Source: Spirogloea muscicola
Taxonomy: Eukaryota
NCBI GenBank assembly: GCA_009602725.1
Contig: WELB01000014.1
Span: forward strand, 47,467-111,279
Length of the DNA stretch: 63,813 nt
Reading direction: 5' to 3'
Numbering within the stretch: position 1 is the first letter of the stretch; every line of letters starts with the position of its first letter. The notes under the pieces are model-generated. The model made no database searches. It was not told where the DNA came from and was given only the letters and a program-made list of their open reading frames with translations. Positions 35,830 to 48,530 of the stretch are shown piece by piece. Both the position numbers and the translations under genes were made by a program.

Positions 35830-37058
35830 CAGCAGCAGTCGTCCTTTGTTGATTCTTTTTTGGGCTGGCTTTCCAGCCCCTATTCTCAATGGGCGAGCAC
35901 TTTCTTCAGCAGGGGTCATTTTTAGCTGCTCTGTTTCATTGTGTGGTTGTCTTTCTTAGCGCTTCCCCTGGCGCCCTTCTCGTACTTTGTTGACTCTTCT
36001 TTAGCAGGGGTTACAGAGTGATCCGTAGATGCTTTGTATTTATGTGTGCTTGTTATTCTTAGCGCTTCCCCTGGCCCCCTACTCGTAATATGTTGATTCT
36101 TTTTTGGGCTGGCTTTTCCAGCCCCTATCCTCCATGGGCGCGCCCTTTCTCTCCCCCAGCAGGGCGAGCAGCCCGGCTTCAACGTCGCCGGGTCCCTCGC
36201 TCAAGTCTTCCGCATGCGTTGGCCGTCTCGTTACAGCGGTCCTTTGCCTTCGCGGTTCACTTGCGCACAGGCCGAGCTTTGGCGGCGGCCTCCCGCTTCC
36301 GTCAGGGCGACGTCTTTCCGCCAGCTAGCTACTCAGCCTTGCATCTCCTGACTAGAGGTTACTAAGCGTTCCCTGGCTGATGTCTTAGTCCTAGTCGTTC
36401 GCACTCAGGCTCCCTCAGACCTTGTCCATACCTTTGGGCTGGCCTTTCCCAGCCACCAGTCAATCTGGCCGCGCTTCTTCGAAGTGTGTGTTGATTTCTC
36501 CGCGCGTGGGGCCCCCCGGCCCGAGAAGGCGCCAAGCACACAATCTGTGACTAGCCAGACTTCTTGCGAGTGGGCGCTCCGTCATTCTGGCAAGCCAGTG
36601 CAGATTGACATCCGAAGTTACACAGGACGCCGCCAGTGGAGAAAGTACGAGCTCTTTGTACAGCTCTTTGTACTCCTTGTCCCCCGTTACCAGGACGTTT
36701 GTAAGGCTGGAATTGGCCTCTCTTTCAATCTCATGCGCGCCTTCCTTTTTCTGTACAGATTTTGAAAGTGCACCGCGAGCGCCTTTTTCCTGCATCCCTC
36801 GGGGCACTCTTGAGGCCGCCCGGGCCTCCCTCGTGGGGGCCCGACCCGAGCGTGGGACCGTCCGAGCCGGGTGGCCAGCGGGCCTCCCCTCCGGCTGCAG
36901 GCGGCCGCGCGCCCCTACTAACGTGATTCGTGGCTGCTTTGTTTCTTTGTGTGCTTGTTCTTCTTAGCGCTTCCCCTGGCCCCCTTCTCGTACTCTGCTC
37001 ATTCTTTTTTGGGCTGGCTTTTCCAGCCCCTCTCCTCAATGGGCGAGCACTTTCTTCT
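35830..37058 (+). mobile_element. Cluster of CRE 3' tails (C-type UTRs, D-type C-terminus 36165-36482, three terminal stem-loops)
   Basis: LAVSLQRSFAFAVHLRTGRALAAAS..LHLLTRGY* (36365). Stem-loop motif at about 35862, 36106 and 37011. Confidence 0.8.
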
Positions 37059-37085
37059 ACTAACGTCACACGGTTACCTTATTGT

Positions 37086-37233
37086 AACAGATCGGGTTGA
37101 CCGATAATCAGTAGCTAGCGGTTAGCAGATGTTGGCATTGTCTGATATATCTCATCTGCTAACCGCTAGCTACTGATTATCGGTCAACCCGATCTGTTTA
37201 GACTTGTTGGCATTGTCTGATATATCTCAAGTC
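37086..37233. repeat. Perfect 46-bp inverted repeat with a 21-nt loop, followed by a 6-bp-stem hairpin with the identical loop
   Basis: Arms 37086-37131 and 37153-37198 are exact reverse complements. The loop ttggcattgtctgatatatct recurs at 37207-37227 between gacttg and caagtc. Confidence 0.95.
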
Positions 37234-37523
37234 CCGGGAACCGGACGCGTCACACACCCTACGGGGTACCCTGTTCCGCCCTGGGTCTGGCCCATTGCAC
37301 TATTCAGAGCGGCCACGGGCGGGTCTGACGGCGCAGCCACCATCTGCTCGCCGCTTCGCCCACCACCTTCCCGACGTGCCGCCGTTAGACCTGCTGCCAC
37401 TGCCGGGGCGCTGCAAAAACGGCCTCCTTAAGCGACACCATCCGATACCGCCGCCGTCGCCGTCGCCGTCGCCGTCGCCGCCGCCGCCGCCGCCGGCGCC
37501 GGCTGGCGCCTCGGCCGGCGCGG

Positions 37524-37561
37524 NNNNNNNNNNNNNNNNNNNNNNNNNNNNNNNNNNNNNN
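37524..37561. other. Assembly gap (38 N); single n also at 28204, 42485, 49693 and 57552
   Basis: Ns fall in very GC-rich 5' gene regions, so local structure there is uncertain. Confidence 0.99.
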
Positions 37562-37733
37562 CGCCGCGCTGCGTGCTGCGCTGGCGGCGGCCGGCGGTGA
37601 TGCCGGCGCCGCCGCCGAGGCCCTTCTCCTCCAGGGCAAGCCCCGCCGCCGCTGCCGCCGCTGATCGGCGTCCAATCTCTGATCAGGCTCAGAGCCAGGG
37701 CTTACTTTTCTAGGCCCAGCGTCAAGTGCCTTC

Positions 37734-37775
37734 AACCCTAAGCCTGTAACCCCAAAACCCTAAATTCTAAACCCT
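37734..37775 (+). promoter_or_regulatory. Telo-box-like (AAACCCTAA) cluster in the 5' region of the Smr gene
   Basis: AAACCCTAA at 37755-37763, flanked by degenerate copies (aaccctaa, aacccca, aaaccctg). Function is inferred only. Confidence 0.4.
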
Positions 37776-37960
37776 GTACCTGCTTCCTTGCGAGCGCGGC
37801 CTCTGCCGACGCGGTCGCCGCCATTACCAATGCGGCGGCAGCCATGGCGTCCCTACGACCAAGCCCTCGGCATTGGACCAGCTTTGCTTTGCAATTCTAT
37901 AGATGAACCTTGACTGTAGTCTTTACGGCTATTCTGTCATGCATTACCTGACGGCCTGCA

Positions 37961-40201
37961 GTCTCCGGATGCTGGTGCCGCGCAGGCGAGGCGGAGGCTG
38001 CACTGCCGCGCCCGACGGCGTCGGCGGCGGCGGCGCCGGCGGCGCCGGCCAGGCCCCGCGGCTGGCACGCCTTCACTACGCAGCAGGGCTGGGAGGCCGT
38101 CGCCGCACCGCTGGCGGAGAGCCCAACAATTGCATTCCCTGCTCTCGGCACCGAGGCAGCCCCTGCCGCAAGCCGGTCGCGGTCGCCGTCGCTGCCGTAC
38201 CGCAACCTCATCCCCGCGCGGCCGCCGCAAGAAGCTCGGCCGCAGCCCATCACCGCGCCGGCTGCTGCTGCTGCCGGCTCAGCTTCTGTCGCTGGCAATG
38301 CTGTGGTGGGGTCCGAGCACCAGGCCCGGGTCCTCGGCGATCTGGGCACCCACTTCGCGTGGGCCCCCCCGGACTTGCTCGCTGAGGTCCTGGCGGTCGT
38401 GGACGGCGACGAGGAGGCGGCCGCCGTCTGGCTCCACAGCATGTCAGGCGACACGAGCGCTGCTGCTCCAGAGGGCAGGCCGTGCGAGGTGCACCGGGGT
38501 CCCTCCTCCAGCGAGGAGGACGAGGACGTCTACCTCAAGTACCGCGGGCAGGCGCTTCGCGTGTCCAGGTCCTGAGCCTGCTCTCTGCCTTGACAACGCG
38601 ATGCCCTGGCTTGTGCAAATGCATAGGTGTTAGTCTTATGAGCCCGTTCTCCTGCAAACCTCCTGATATCGACGCCGTGAGCTGGGCTTGCCGCTAAACA
38701 GCACCACTTTTCTAAGCTGTGTCAGTCACGCAATTTTATTATGCCAATCTGTCTGGCTAGCTTGCAGCAGCCTCGTAGCTGTTCCCCTCTTACTCAGTCT
38801 ACAGGCAATTGTCCACGACGCTGCTCTGATGCTTGAGACGGTGCCATGATACATCTGCAGGGCCAGAGCGCGTCATGTTCGCTCGGCGATCAGCGCATTC
38901 TCCATGGGGGACCACCACAGGGCTCGACAGCTTGCCAAGTTGGCGCTGAAGGAACGCCACCTGGCAGAGCAGCTAAACGGGGAGGCCGCACAGAAGATCC
39001 TGCAAGCAAGGAACACCAGCAGGTCAAGCAATCTGCTGCTTTGCTTAGGTGAAGTAGCACAGAAGTTGGATGGGACACCAGTGGGAATGGTGGACTGCAA
39101 ACAGGCACTGAATGTGTTGTAGAGCTCAGCTTCTAGGCCGCGTTTGGGTTCTTTTGATTGGGTTTGGGGCCAATTGAATGGGTTTTTGCCTTGGCATGCT
39201 CCCCCTCTGCTAGGGACGCACCCTCTACCCCTTGCGTAGTGCTTGAACAGGCGCCGCAAGAGGCGAGCTGCATCCAGCAGTTGAAGTGCTGAGAGATAGA
39301 GCATGTTGTCACCATCCAGAGCTGGCGGCGACTGGGAGCTGGACCTCCATGGACTTCATGCTCAAGAAGCTGTTCAGGCTCTTAGGTGAGCCTGGTCGAG
39401 GATGCATATGCTGAATGTGTATACTTGAGATGAGGCTTTTCAGCCAGCATGGAAACAAGAGCCGTTGCTTCTGCTCAAAAGGCCACGTGATGGCGGTCCA
39501 TTGATGTCAATTGTAATCCTAGTGGAACAACATGACCTAAGTCTGAGTCAGGCAGCGTTCTTGCCCAGCTGGAAGGCGGCTTGGCTACCTCTTCGTCTGC
39601 ACTGTCTGGAGGTAGCCGTCCTGTGCCGCAGCCCGCTGTTGGTACACACAGCCTGCTGACTGATGGCACAGCAGGCCTACCAGTGGTCACAATCAACACT
39701 CGATTAAGCAACGAGCTCATTGTCATAACAGGTACTCGATGCACTTCCACCCATGTGCTACGGCAATCGCATGTGAAGTTGCTCCCCTTGATGGTCTTGT
39801 CACGCCGGATGTTATTGCTGGTCCTGTGATCATTGCTGGTCCTGCGAAGGATCCCTTGAAGACATCAGCAGCCGAAGCATTGCTCCTCATCATGCAGGTG
39901 TTGGCCAGCATGGTCGAGGAGGAGCCAGCCTGCCCTCAGCCGTCAGCAATTTTCTCAATGAGAATAAGTTCGTAAATCAGTGTTGATGTTGCCCTGCGTA
40001 TGTTGCTTGATCTTTCACTAGATATGTGATACTCTGAAGGAGGTCAGCAAAGTGGATGTTTCTGAGAACTTGCAGTGATCAGGTCTCTGGATCTCACAGG
40101 TGTGAATGTGATCTCTCTATGTACTTAGGTACATCTTTCGTGTACCACGAGCTGGTGCCTTGGCTGTGCGACTCAAGAAGAAGGTCACAACACACGCCTA
40201 G
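37961..40201 (+). CDS. Smr (small MutS-related) / DUF1771 domain protein, multi-exon; true start probably upstream, near the N gap
   Basis: Exons encode RGWHAF..AFPAL, FAWAPPDLLAEVLAVVDGDEEAA (CUE-like), DVYLKYRGQAL, AFSMGDHHRARQL..LNGEAAQKIL, WELDLHGLHAQEAVQAL, LIVITG|VGQHGRGGASLPSAVSNFL and KYIFRVPRAGALAVRLKKKVTTHA* (40201). Confidence 0.85.
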
Positions 40202-41687
40202 CTCAGGATGCGTGTTACACAAGGAGATTCTTTGTGCAACGGAGGCTTTCGTACTCATACATATTCAATACGCCATTTTTATGTCTCTCTTAGGTGTTCA
40301 TCCATCACATACTTTCCTAGGACCAGCCACTTGAACCTGGCCCCGTTAGAGGCGCTTGCGTACTGCCGATAATTTCTTGTGGGTATGGCCGCAGTGCGTG
40401 GATTAGTGAGTTATGTAGGTATTCAAAGTCTATCGTCAGAAATTCGCCACTATGTAAAACTTTGTGTACTGTTAAAGGTTGTATGGAGTGCACTGGCCCC
40501 ATATCTTCGCCATGCGGGTCATACATGATGAGCAGCTTCAGTTCTTAGATAATTAGCTGGTGGACATCTTCGACTGCACTACATCTCCTTAGAATTCATG
40601 CTACAACACCATCATTCGGAGGCTTGGCTAGCTTGCAGCCTCCTGCAACAGTCATGTTTGAGTAAGTAGATATACACGTGTATGGAACCGTGTCGGATTC
40701 GGCCCTCCAATGGTACTGCCCTCTTGATGAAAGCACATACGTAGCTACACAGACTTCCTCAAATCCTCCTCAATCTTGCCCGCCTTTTTCGGGCTGGCCT
40801 TACCAGCGATTGCCCCCTTGGAAGAGCTGGAAGAGCTTTTTTCTTCCTCTCCTGTAGCCTTATTCGTTGCCTTCTCCTGCCTTTGGCAGCAAGCGGTCTG
40901 GCCTGCCTTCATGCGCACTGCGTGCCTTAAGCCTCCTACTCTTGTTGTGCAAATCGAAGTAGCTCATCCAATGGAGGCGAGGCTGTGAAGGCAAGCCCAC
41001 GAGAAGGGCGGCGCTTCTAAAGCAGCTCATTGGAGTGAGCCCACATAGTTTACGTCGTCTTGGGGAGACGGACTGGCCCGTCCCAAGAACGGCATAGGCG
41101 AGGCAAGCCCACGTGAAGAGAAGAAACAGCTCTTCCAGTGCTCATTGTAAGGCAATGGCAGTGAGAGGGAAGCCCAAAGGAGTGTACAAGGTCTGAAGAA
41201 GCAGCAATAACCAAACGGCTACGAGGGCTGTGAAAGAAATGGCTCTCCCAATGAGAGAAGGCGCGCGGGGCGCATGAAATGAAAGGGAGGCCAATTCAAG
41301 CCAATACATTGTTCAGGCAGAGTCTAGGGCAAACTAATCAAGGCTACATAATACGGAGACCTAAACTAAGGTGCCTAAGGTGACATTAGTATCCACGGGT
41401 AAGCACAAACAAATCTGACAAGCTAACTTGGGGAGCTGGAGCGCCGCCACGGAAGCTGGAGGCCTGACTTAAAGCGCGCCCTGCACGTCGATGAAGAGCC
41501 AATGCTTGCGAGCGCTGCAAACTAAGCGAGAACTGCATTTGAAGAAGCAGCAACAACCAAACGGCTACGAGGGCTGTGAAAGAAGTGAAAGAAGTGGCTC
41601 TCCCAGTAGCGGCAGGGGCTGTGAAAAGCTTAGCCCTATGGATGGTAATATCGGGACCGTCTCAGCCCAAGGACTGACCGCACAGGA

Positions 41688-42125
41688 GAAAGGGCTCGCC
41701 CATTGAGGATAGGGGCTGGACAAGCCAGCCCAAGAAAGACTAAACGAAGTACGAGAAGGGGGCTAGGGAAGCGCTAAGAAAGACAAGCACACAAAGAAAC
41801 AAAGCTGCTACGAAATCACTCAGTACCCCCTGCTAAGCAGGCGCAGGTCAGAGAAGCTAGGCTCCTGGAAGTGGGTCCCCTGACCAGAGCCAGAGGCAGG
41901 GGAGGAAAAGGAGGGAGAGAAAGTGCTCGCTCAGCGAGAATAGGGGCTGGAAAAGCCAGCCCAAGAAAGAATGAACGAAGTACGAGAAGGGGGCCAGGGG
42001 AAGCGCAAAGAATAACAAGCACACAGAAACAAAAGTAGCTACGGATCACTCAGTAACCCCTGCTAAGCAACCTCAGGTCAGATACGCTAGGCTCCTGGAA
42101 GTGGGTCCCCTGGCCAGAGCCAGAA
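41688..42125 (-). mobile_element. Two head-to-tail ~215 bp CRE subfamily C tails (SINE-like)
   Basis: Each unit encodes SGSGQGTHFQEPS..DLRLLSRGY* followed by the UTR and stem-loop. A partial third copy lies at about 31443-31585. Confidence 0.8.
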
Positions 42126-42769
42126 GGAAGGGCCCCCCAGCCACACGGCCAGCTCGAGGACGCCCGGTGGCGCTACTGCCGAGCCGGAGATCTCGCGAAA
42201 TCCAACGAATCAGCAGCCGCCAAGCGGCGCGCGGGCCGCGCACCCACGGCGGTGGGGTCGAGCCGACCGGTGCGCCACTGCCCCGGTAAGGGCATTCATG
42301 TGAAAAGGGGAGCAATCAAATCCAAGGGAGATTGGGTCACGGAAGTGGAGTGGCGCCGGGGCTGAGGGGAAGCGTCGGGAAAGGGGGGAGGGGGCCCATC
42401 TGGACGCATCGCGGCCGTCGGCTGGCGCCCGCCCAATCCGAGGTATGGTAGATTCTTGCGGCCCCCCCTGGATAAGTGGCGTCCNCGCCCGAAGGCGTGT
42501 GAACAGAACCCCGCCGCTCTTCTCGAGGACACGTGTCCGATTACAGGCTTGGCTGCCACATCAGCTTTTCCCCGCACCCCCTCGACCAGCCCCCGCCGCC
42601 GCCGCCGCCGCAGCCGCCGCAGCCGCTGCGGCCGCGGCGAGGAGCCTCGGGTCAAAGGCGGAGCACTGCCCGGCCACGGACTTAGCGGCCGCAGCGACTC
42701 GATCCGTCGCCGGTTCGCAAGGCGCTGCCGCCACGTGGTCGACGAGAGTAGAGCTCCCGGACGCCAGCC

Positions 42770-45700
42770 ATGGCGGGGGCCCTGGCGCAAGCGGCGGCCG
42801 TCGCGGGCGACTGTCTGGCGGGGACGGCGGTCGCCTCGCCGCTGCGAGGATGCAAGAAGTCGCGGCGCGCCGCCACCGGGCGCCTGGCGGTCGCATCGAC
42901 GGCAGCGGCCTCGCTCAAGTCCTTCTCGGGCATGCGGCGGGTCAGCGCCGTGGACAGCCTCGGCCGCCAGCCGTCGCAGGACCTGAGGTCGGTCGTAGCC
43001 GCGTCGGTAGCTGCGGCTGGCCACAGCAGCGGCAGCACGAAGGGCCAGACGGTGGCCATGTTCGAGAGGTTCACTGAGAAGGCCATCAAAGTCATCATGC
43101 TCGCGCAAGAGGAGGCTCGCCGCCTTGGCCACAACTTTGTTGGCACTGAGCAGGTCAGGCTGTGGGCTTCTCCTCTCAGATGACTATGACTACATTGAAA
43201 CGGGATAGCACTTCTTGTTCTGAGTTTAGCTTGTTTGGACATCAATCTGTGGGTCACCTGTGGAGTCACCAAAAGGGCAGATCGTTGAATGCGACGAGTG
43301 AACTATTGCGATATAGCTGTTATTGACATTCTGGCTTGCGCTTGGACGCCTCAACTGCAGATTCTCCTGGGCCTCATTGGCGAGGGCACTGGGATTGCCG
43401 CGAAGGTACTCAAGTCCATGGGGGTGAATCTGAAGGAAGCTCGTGTGGAGGTTGAGAAGATCATTGGGCGTGGTTCTGGCTTTGTTGCTGTTGAGATCCC
43501 CTTCACGCCCCGTGCCAAGCGTGTGCTTGAGCTCTCCTTGGAGGAAGCTCGCCAGCTAGGTTAGTCACTGACCATAGCTTGTGAGCCGTATAATTGCCTT
43601 CTGCAATATACCATACTAAGATGAAGCTATGACTTCTGTGTCCTGGAGGCTCCGTCTGGACAGGCTGTACTCGCACTAGCATGACCTCAAACTGTGTTTT
43701 CTGCATGGATCAGGTCACAACTACATTGGTACTGAGCACCTGTTGCTGGGACTCCTTCGTGAGGGCGAAGGAGTGGCAGCTAGGGTCTTAGAAAATCTAG
43801 GGGCTGACCCAAGCAACATCCGCACTCAGGTTGGGCTTTCAACCTTGTCAGCAGAAACATTTATTAGTGCTGTCAGAGTCTGCGCTGTTGTTTGCTACAG
43901 TCTAATCCACTGCTCCAAACTTCAGCTTCACCACCATGCCCACTTAGCTTACTACAGCAAGTTTTCACGTGGAAAAAGCTGGATTGTGTTTATTGACACA
44001 GATCGACCTTGCTGAGGATAGCTTTTGGATGTGTATGTTACAGGTCATAAGGATGGTGGGTGAGAGCACTGAGGCTGTGGGCGCTGGGGTTGGAGGTGGA
44101 AGTAGCAGCAACAAGATGCCAACTCTTGAGGAGTATGGCACAAATCTTACCAAGCTTGCTGAGGAGGTAAGCGTTTTGTAGCAGATGCTCTTGTAAGCTG
44201 CCATTCTTGGTAGCACTGAAAGTTCTGTAAGCTTGAGTTTGTATGATTGCGGTCAAGAGCAGGGCCAAGCGTGTCTTGCTGGTGGGTTTTCGGACATCAT
44301 TGTTGCAGCTGGAGCTTTCCTCACTCGCAGTTTGTGCTCCGACGATCTCATTGACGATCTCATTGAATGTGTTTTGTTTTCTTCCAGGGTAAGTTGGACC
44401 CTGTGGTGGGAAGACAGGCTCAGATTGAGCGCGTCACTCAGATCCTTGGAAGGAGGACAAAGAATAACCCCTGCCTGATTGGGGAGCCTGGCGTTGGCAA
44501 AACTGCCATCGCTGAGGGGCTGGCGCAGCGCATTGCAACTGGAGACGTCCCAGAGACCATTGAGGGCAAGAAGGTATGCTTCTGTCGTTCTAATAGGCTG
44601 CAGTATGTTGCATACCGGCTCCGCCCACCCCCCCCCCCCCCCGGGGGGTTCTTGACACGTTCTCATGTAGTAATCCATGTATTTCATTGAAGGGTCTTAA
44701 CTTATTTGAAGGAAGTGGTAATTCGTAAACTGTCTCTCGGTTGCCATATTGTTTACAGATGTGGAAGCTTGCAGGCTTTCTTCTGTCTTCCCCAGCTTAA
44801 CACACATGTGTCCTATGGCAGGTGATTACCCTTGACATGGGCCTTCTGGTGGCGGGCACCAAGTACCGTGGCGAGTTTGAGGAGAGGCTGAAGAAGTTGA
44901 TGGAGGAGATCAAGCAGGCTGATGACATCATTCTTGTCATCGATGAGGTGCACACTTTGATTGGAGCCGGTGCAGCGGAGGGAGCCATTGACGCTGCTAA
45001 CATTCTGAAGCCTGCTCTCGCCAGAGGCGAGCTTCAGGTATGATGCTCCTCTTGACTTACTATGGATCTTGTCTTTGCAAGCATTCATTGGTACTCTGGA
45101 TCTTGTTCTTGCAAGCATTACTTGGTAAAGGTATCTGAGATAAATTTCAGGCATGCAATTCTGGCACTCTAGTTCCTACTAGAAACCAATATGTCAGATT
45201 ATTAATATTCATGAGTCTTAGTTACGCTTGCTGACGTCTTTGAATTACGATTGCCATTCAGTGCATTGGAGCAACCACGATTGATGAGTACCGCAAGCAC
45301 ATTGAGAAGGACCCTGCCTTGGAGCGCCGATTCCAGCCTGTCCAGGTTCCTGAGCCCTCTGTGGATGAGACTATCCAGATCCTGAAAGGACTCCGGGAGC
45401 GTTACGAGATTCACCACAAGCTTCGCTACACTGATGAAGCCCTCATTGCTGCTGCTCAACTGTCATACCAATATATTAGGTATGCTGGGAGGGTAACATC
45501 CCTTGTCATCTTTGAGTGGGGCATATTTAGTCATTCTCATCACTGTAAGCTACTTATTACAGCAACTCTGTCTAGCAGGATACTTGTTTGCTTTCATTTA
45601 GATGCACCATAAGAGCAAGGAATTTGTGTTTGCTTTCATTTGGATGCGTCATAAGAGCAAAACATCAGACGCATATAAATCTAGAGGGCGAAGACAGCAA

Positions 45701-48530
45701 CTCCGGTTGCACATGTGCTTACAGGCATCATCTCATTGATGTTGTGTCAGTGACCGCTTTTTGCCTGATAAGGCAATTGACTTGATTGATGAGGCTGGTT
45801 CTCGTGTGCGTCTTCGCCATGCACAGGTGTGCACAGCTCGTGTGCCTTACTGAACCTCCACAGTACGCTCTGCATGCATGGATAACATCGTTGGCTTGTA
45901 TCATCTCTGCAAGCTCGATAATGTACTGTGAGATCTCATCTGAATATTCTTGTTGAGTCTGCCGCAGCTGCCTGAAGAGGCCCGGGAGCTGGATAAGGAG
46001 CTTCGCACCATCACCAAGGAGAAGAACGAAGCAGTCAGGGGCCAAGACTTTGAGAAGGTACTTATCATCTGACCTTAGTAGGCACGCTAAGTACCTTGTA
46101 TACAGGCGTGCTGTGTTTTAACATGTTTTTGCGTGTGCGGGCGAGACAGTGAGGTTGTGTGGAGTTTGCATGTCTTTCGTGCTCTCCAGTGTGCTGTATC
46201 CGCTGTGTTCTTGCCAACTGCCACTTTGCCAGGCATTGTGCTTTAACTACTACTGTATGGGACAGATTGGACAAGGATGGAGCCTGGCTAGCTTATTTCT
46301 CAGCAACCTGGTGCTGATTGGTATATTTCACAAACTGACGTATTGTTGTAGGCTGGAGAGCTTCGTGACCGTGAGATGGAGCTAAAAGCTCAGATCTCAG
46401 CCATCACAGAAAAGGGCAAGGAGAAGATGAAGGCAGAGACTGAGAGTGGAGAGACTGGCCCACTTGTCACCGAGTCAGACATTCAGCAGATTGTGTCTGC
46501 CTGGACTGGTATCCCTGTGGAGAAGGTCAGCTCTTTGTACCTGCACAAAGCCTCCATTCTCCATTCTCCATTCTCCATTCTCAACTCCTTCCTTTACTGT
46601 ACATGTCGCCACAATCTTTGTAAGTGTAACTTATCATGCTAACCTGTCTGTTACCTCCATGTTGAGTGCATCTGAGAATGATGTGCAACCCGCTGGATTT
46701 TCCTTGCAGGTTTCCACTGATGAGTCCGATAGGCTCCTTAAGATGGAGGGCACACTCCACCAACGCGTCATTGGACAAGACGAGGCCGTGAAGGCTATCT
46801 CTCGCGCCATCCGTCGTGCGCGGGTTGGGTTGAAGAACCCCAACCGGCCCATTGCGTCCTTCATCTTTTCTGGCCCTACTGGTGTTGGGAAGTCAGAGCT
46901 TGCCAAGGCCCTCGCTTCTTACTACTTTGGTTCCGAGGAGGTACACTTTGCCACTTTCTGCTTAGTTTGTCCTGAGTTGAAAGCAAGTGCTCACGTACAC
47001 AAGCTCTCCTGGTGCTTCTCCGCTTGAGCTTCACTTTGGAGGATATCAATGCCACACTTGTTTTGCAGGCTATGGTGCGTCTCGACATGTCGGAGTTCAT
47101 GGAGAGGCACACGGTCTCCAAGCTCATTGGGAGCCCGCCTGGATATGTTGGATACAGTGAGGGCGGCCAGCTGACGGAGGCAGTTCGTAGGCGTCCGTAC
47201 ACTGTGGTTCTCTTTGACGAGATTGAGAAGGCCCATCCAGATGTCTTCAACATGATGCTTCAGGTACTCCCCTATCCAGAGTTTGTTGTATTGATGCCGA
47301 TAAGCTCCTCCTTGTTAGACTGCACTATGTTTGTCTTTTCCTCCTCATGGTTGGCGCTTTGTCTTAATGCCAATAAGCTCACATTTATCCATACTGCAAG
47401 ATGTTGTTTCTTCTTCCTCATGGTTGATGTGTGGCTGTCTGCCAACAGATTCTTGAGGATGGGCGTCTGACTGACAGCAAGGGCAGGACTGTGGACTTCA
47501 AGAACACCTTGCTTATTATGACCTCGAACGTCGGCTCCTCTGTGATTGAGAAGGGCGGTGGTGGCATTGGATTCCAGGTGCGATTGACAGGAATGACAAG
47601 GATATGCATTCAGCTTATCTGTGCTTTCGTGGATACTTGCTATTGACCTCCTAGAGATTGTCAGGCAAGGTGCAGGAGGCATGTTACAAATAATGTATTC
47701 GACCAATTCAGCTGGAAAACTTAATGCATTTCTCACGGGATTATATTGGAATGGGTCGCAGCTTGACTATGGCGAGAAGGACAGCAGCTACAACCGCATC
47801 AAGAGCCTTGTGAACGAGGAGCTGAAGCAGTACTTCAGGCCAGAGTTCCTCAATAGATTGGACGAGATTATTGTCTTCAGGCAGCTGACGAAGATGGAGG
47901 TCAAAGAGATTGCAGACATCATGTTGAAGGAGGTGTTTGAGCGCCTGCACAAGAAGGAGATTGACCTCCAGGTACTACTTCACTTTGATAGAGTGAGAGT
48001 GAGTGAGAGCAGGACATCTTCTCTTCCTGCACTTGTCATGTCATTCTTAAAAAAAATTGAGGCACTTAACTAGGTAAAGGTCCCAAACTGACTACTGCCC
48101 ATGTCCTCTTTCTGAAGGTCACTGAAAGGTTCAGGGACCGGGTTGTGGATGAGGGTTATAGTCCTTCTTATGGAGCTCGCCCACTGCGAAGAGCAATCAT
48201 GAGACTTCTTGAGGATAGGTGAGATGTGCAGGGCTTAAATTGGAAGTTGTTGCTCATATCCTTGTGTATTGCTGAGTCATAAAGTACATAGGATGGCAGG
48301 CTGTTCTGCCAGTCTCAGCATGAGTGTGCTCTTAAATAAATAAGATGCTGATGTGGGTTTGCTGGTCACTTGGGCTGAGCAGCATGGCTGAACGGATGCT
48401 ATCTGGCGAGATCAAGGAGGGCGATAGTGCCATCATTGATGTGGACGCTGACGGCAACGTGACCGTCCTCAATGGCAACACTGGGACCAATACATCAACG
48501 CTCATTGAGGCCCCAGCAGGCATCTCATGA
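42770..48530 (+). CDS. clpC: Chloroplast ATP-dependent Clp protease chaperone ClpC (Hsp100), multi-exon
   Basis: Transit peptide, then [32 protein letters not shown]. Walker [35 protein letters not shown], second Walker [51 protein letters not shown]. Stop at 48530. Confidence 0.98.

Noticed and set aside
34057..35919. 620-aa ORF as an intact autonomous element
   Set aside because: Its N-terminal ~180 aa are out of frame or derive from unrelated repeats, the RT is frameshifted, and the endonuclease is missing.
40317..40526. 69-aa ORF with a second diverged copy near 32.1 kb as a small gene family
   Set aside because: The similarity is explained by duplication of the Smr gene 3' flank, and the frame is not conserved.
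3941..42000. Recurrent palindromic GGGCTGGC..CCAGCCC motif read as a CRISPR-like or regularly spaced array
   Set aside because: Copies are dispersed, on both strands and irregularly spaced, and mostly sit ~100 nt after retroelement stop codons. The context is eukaryotic with no cas genes.
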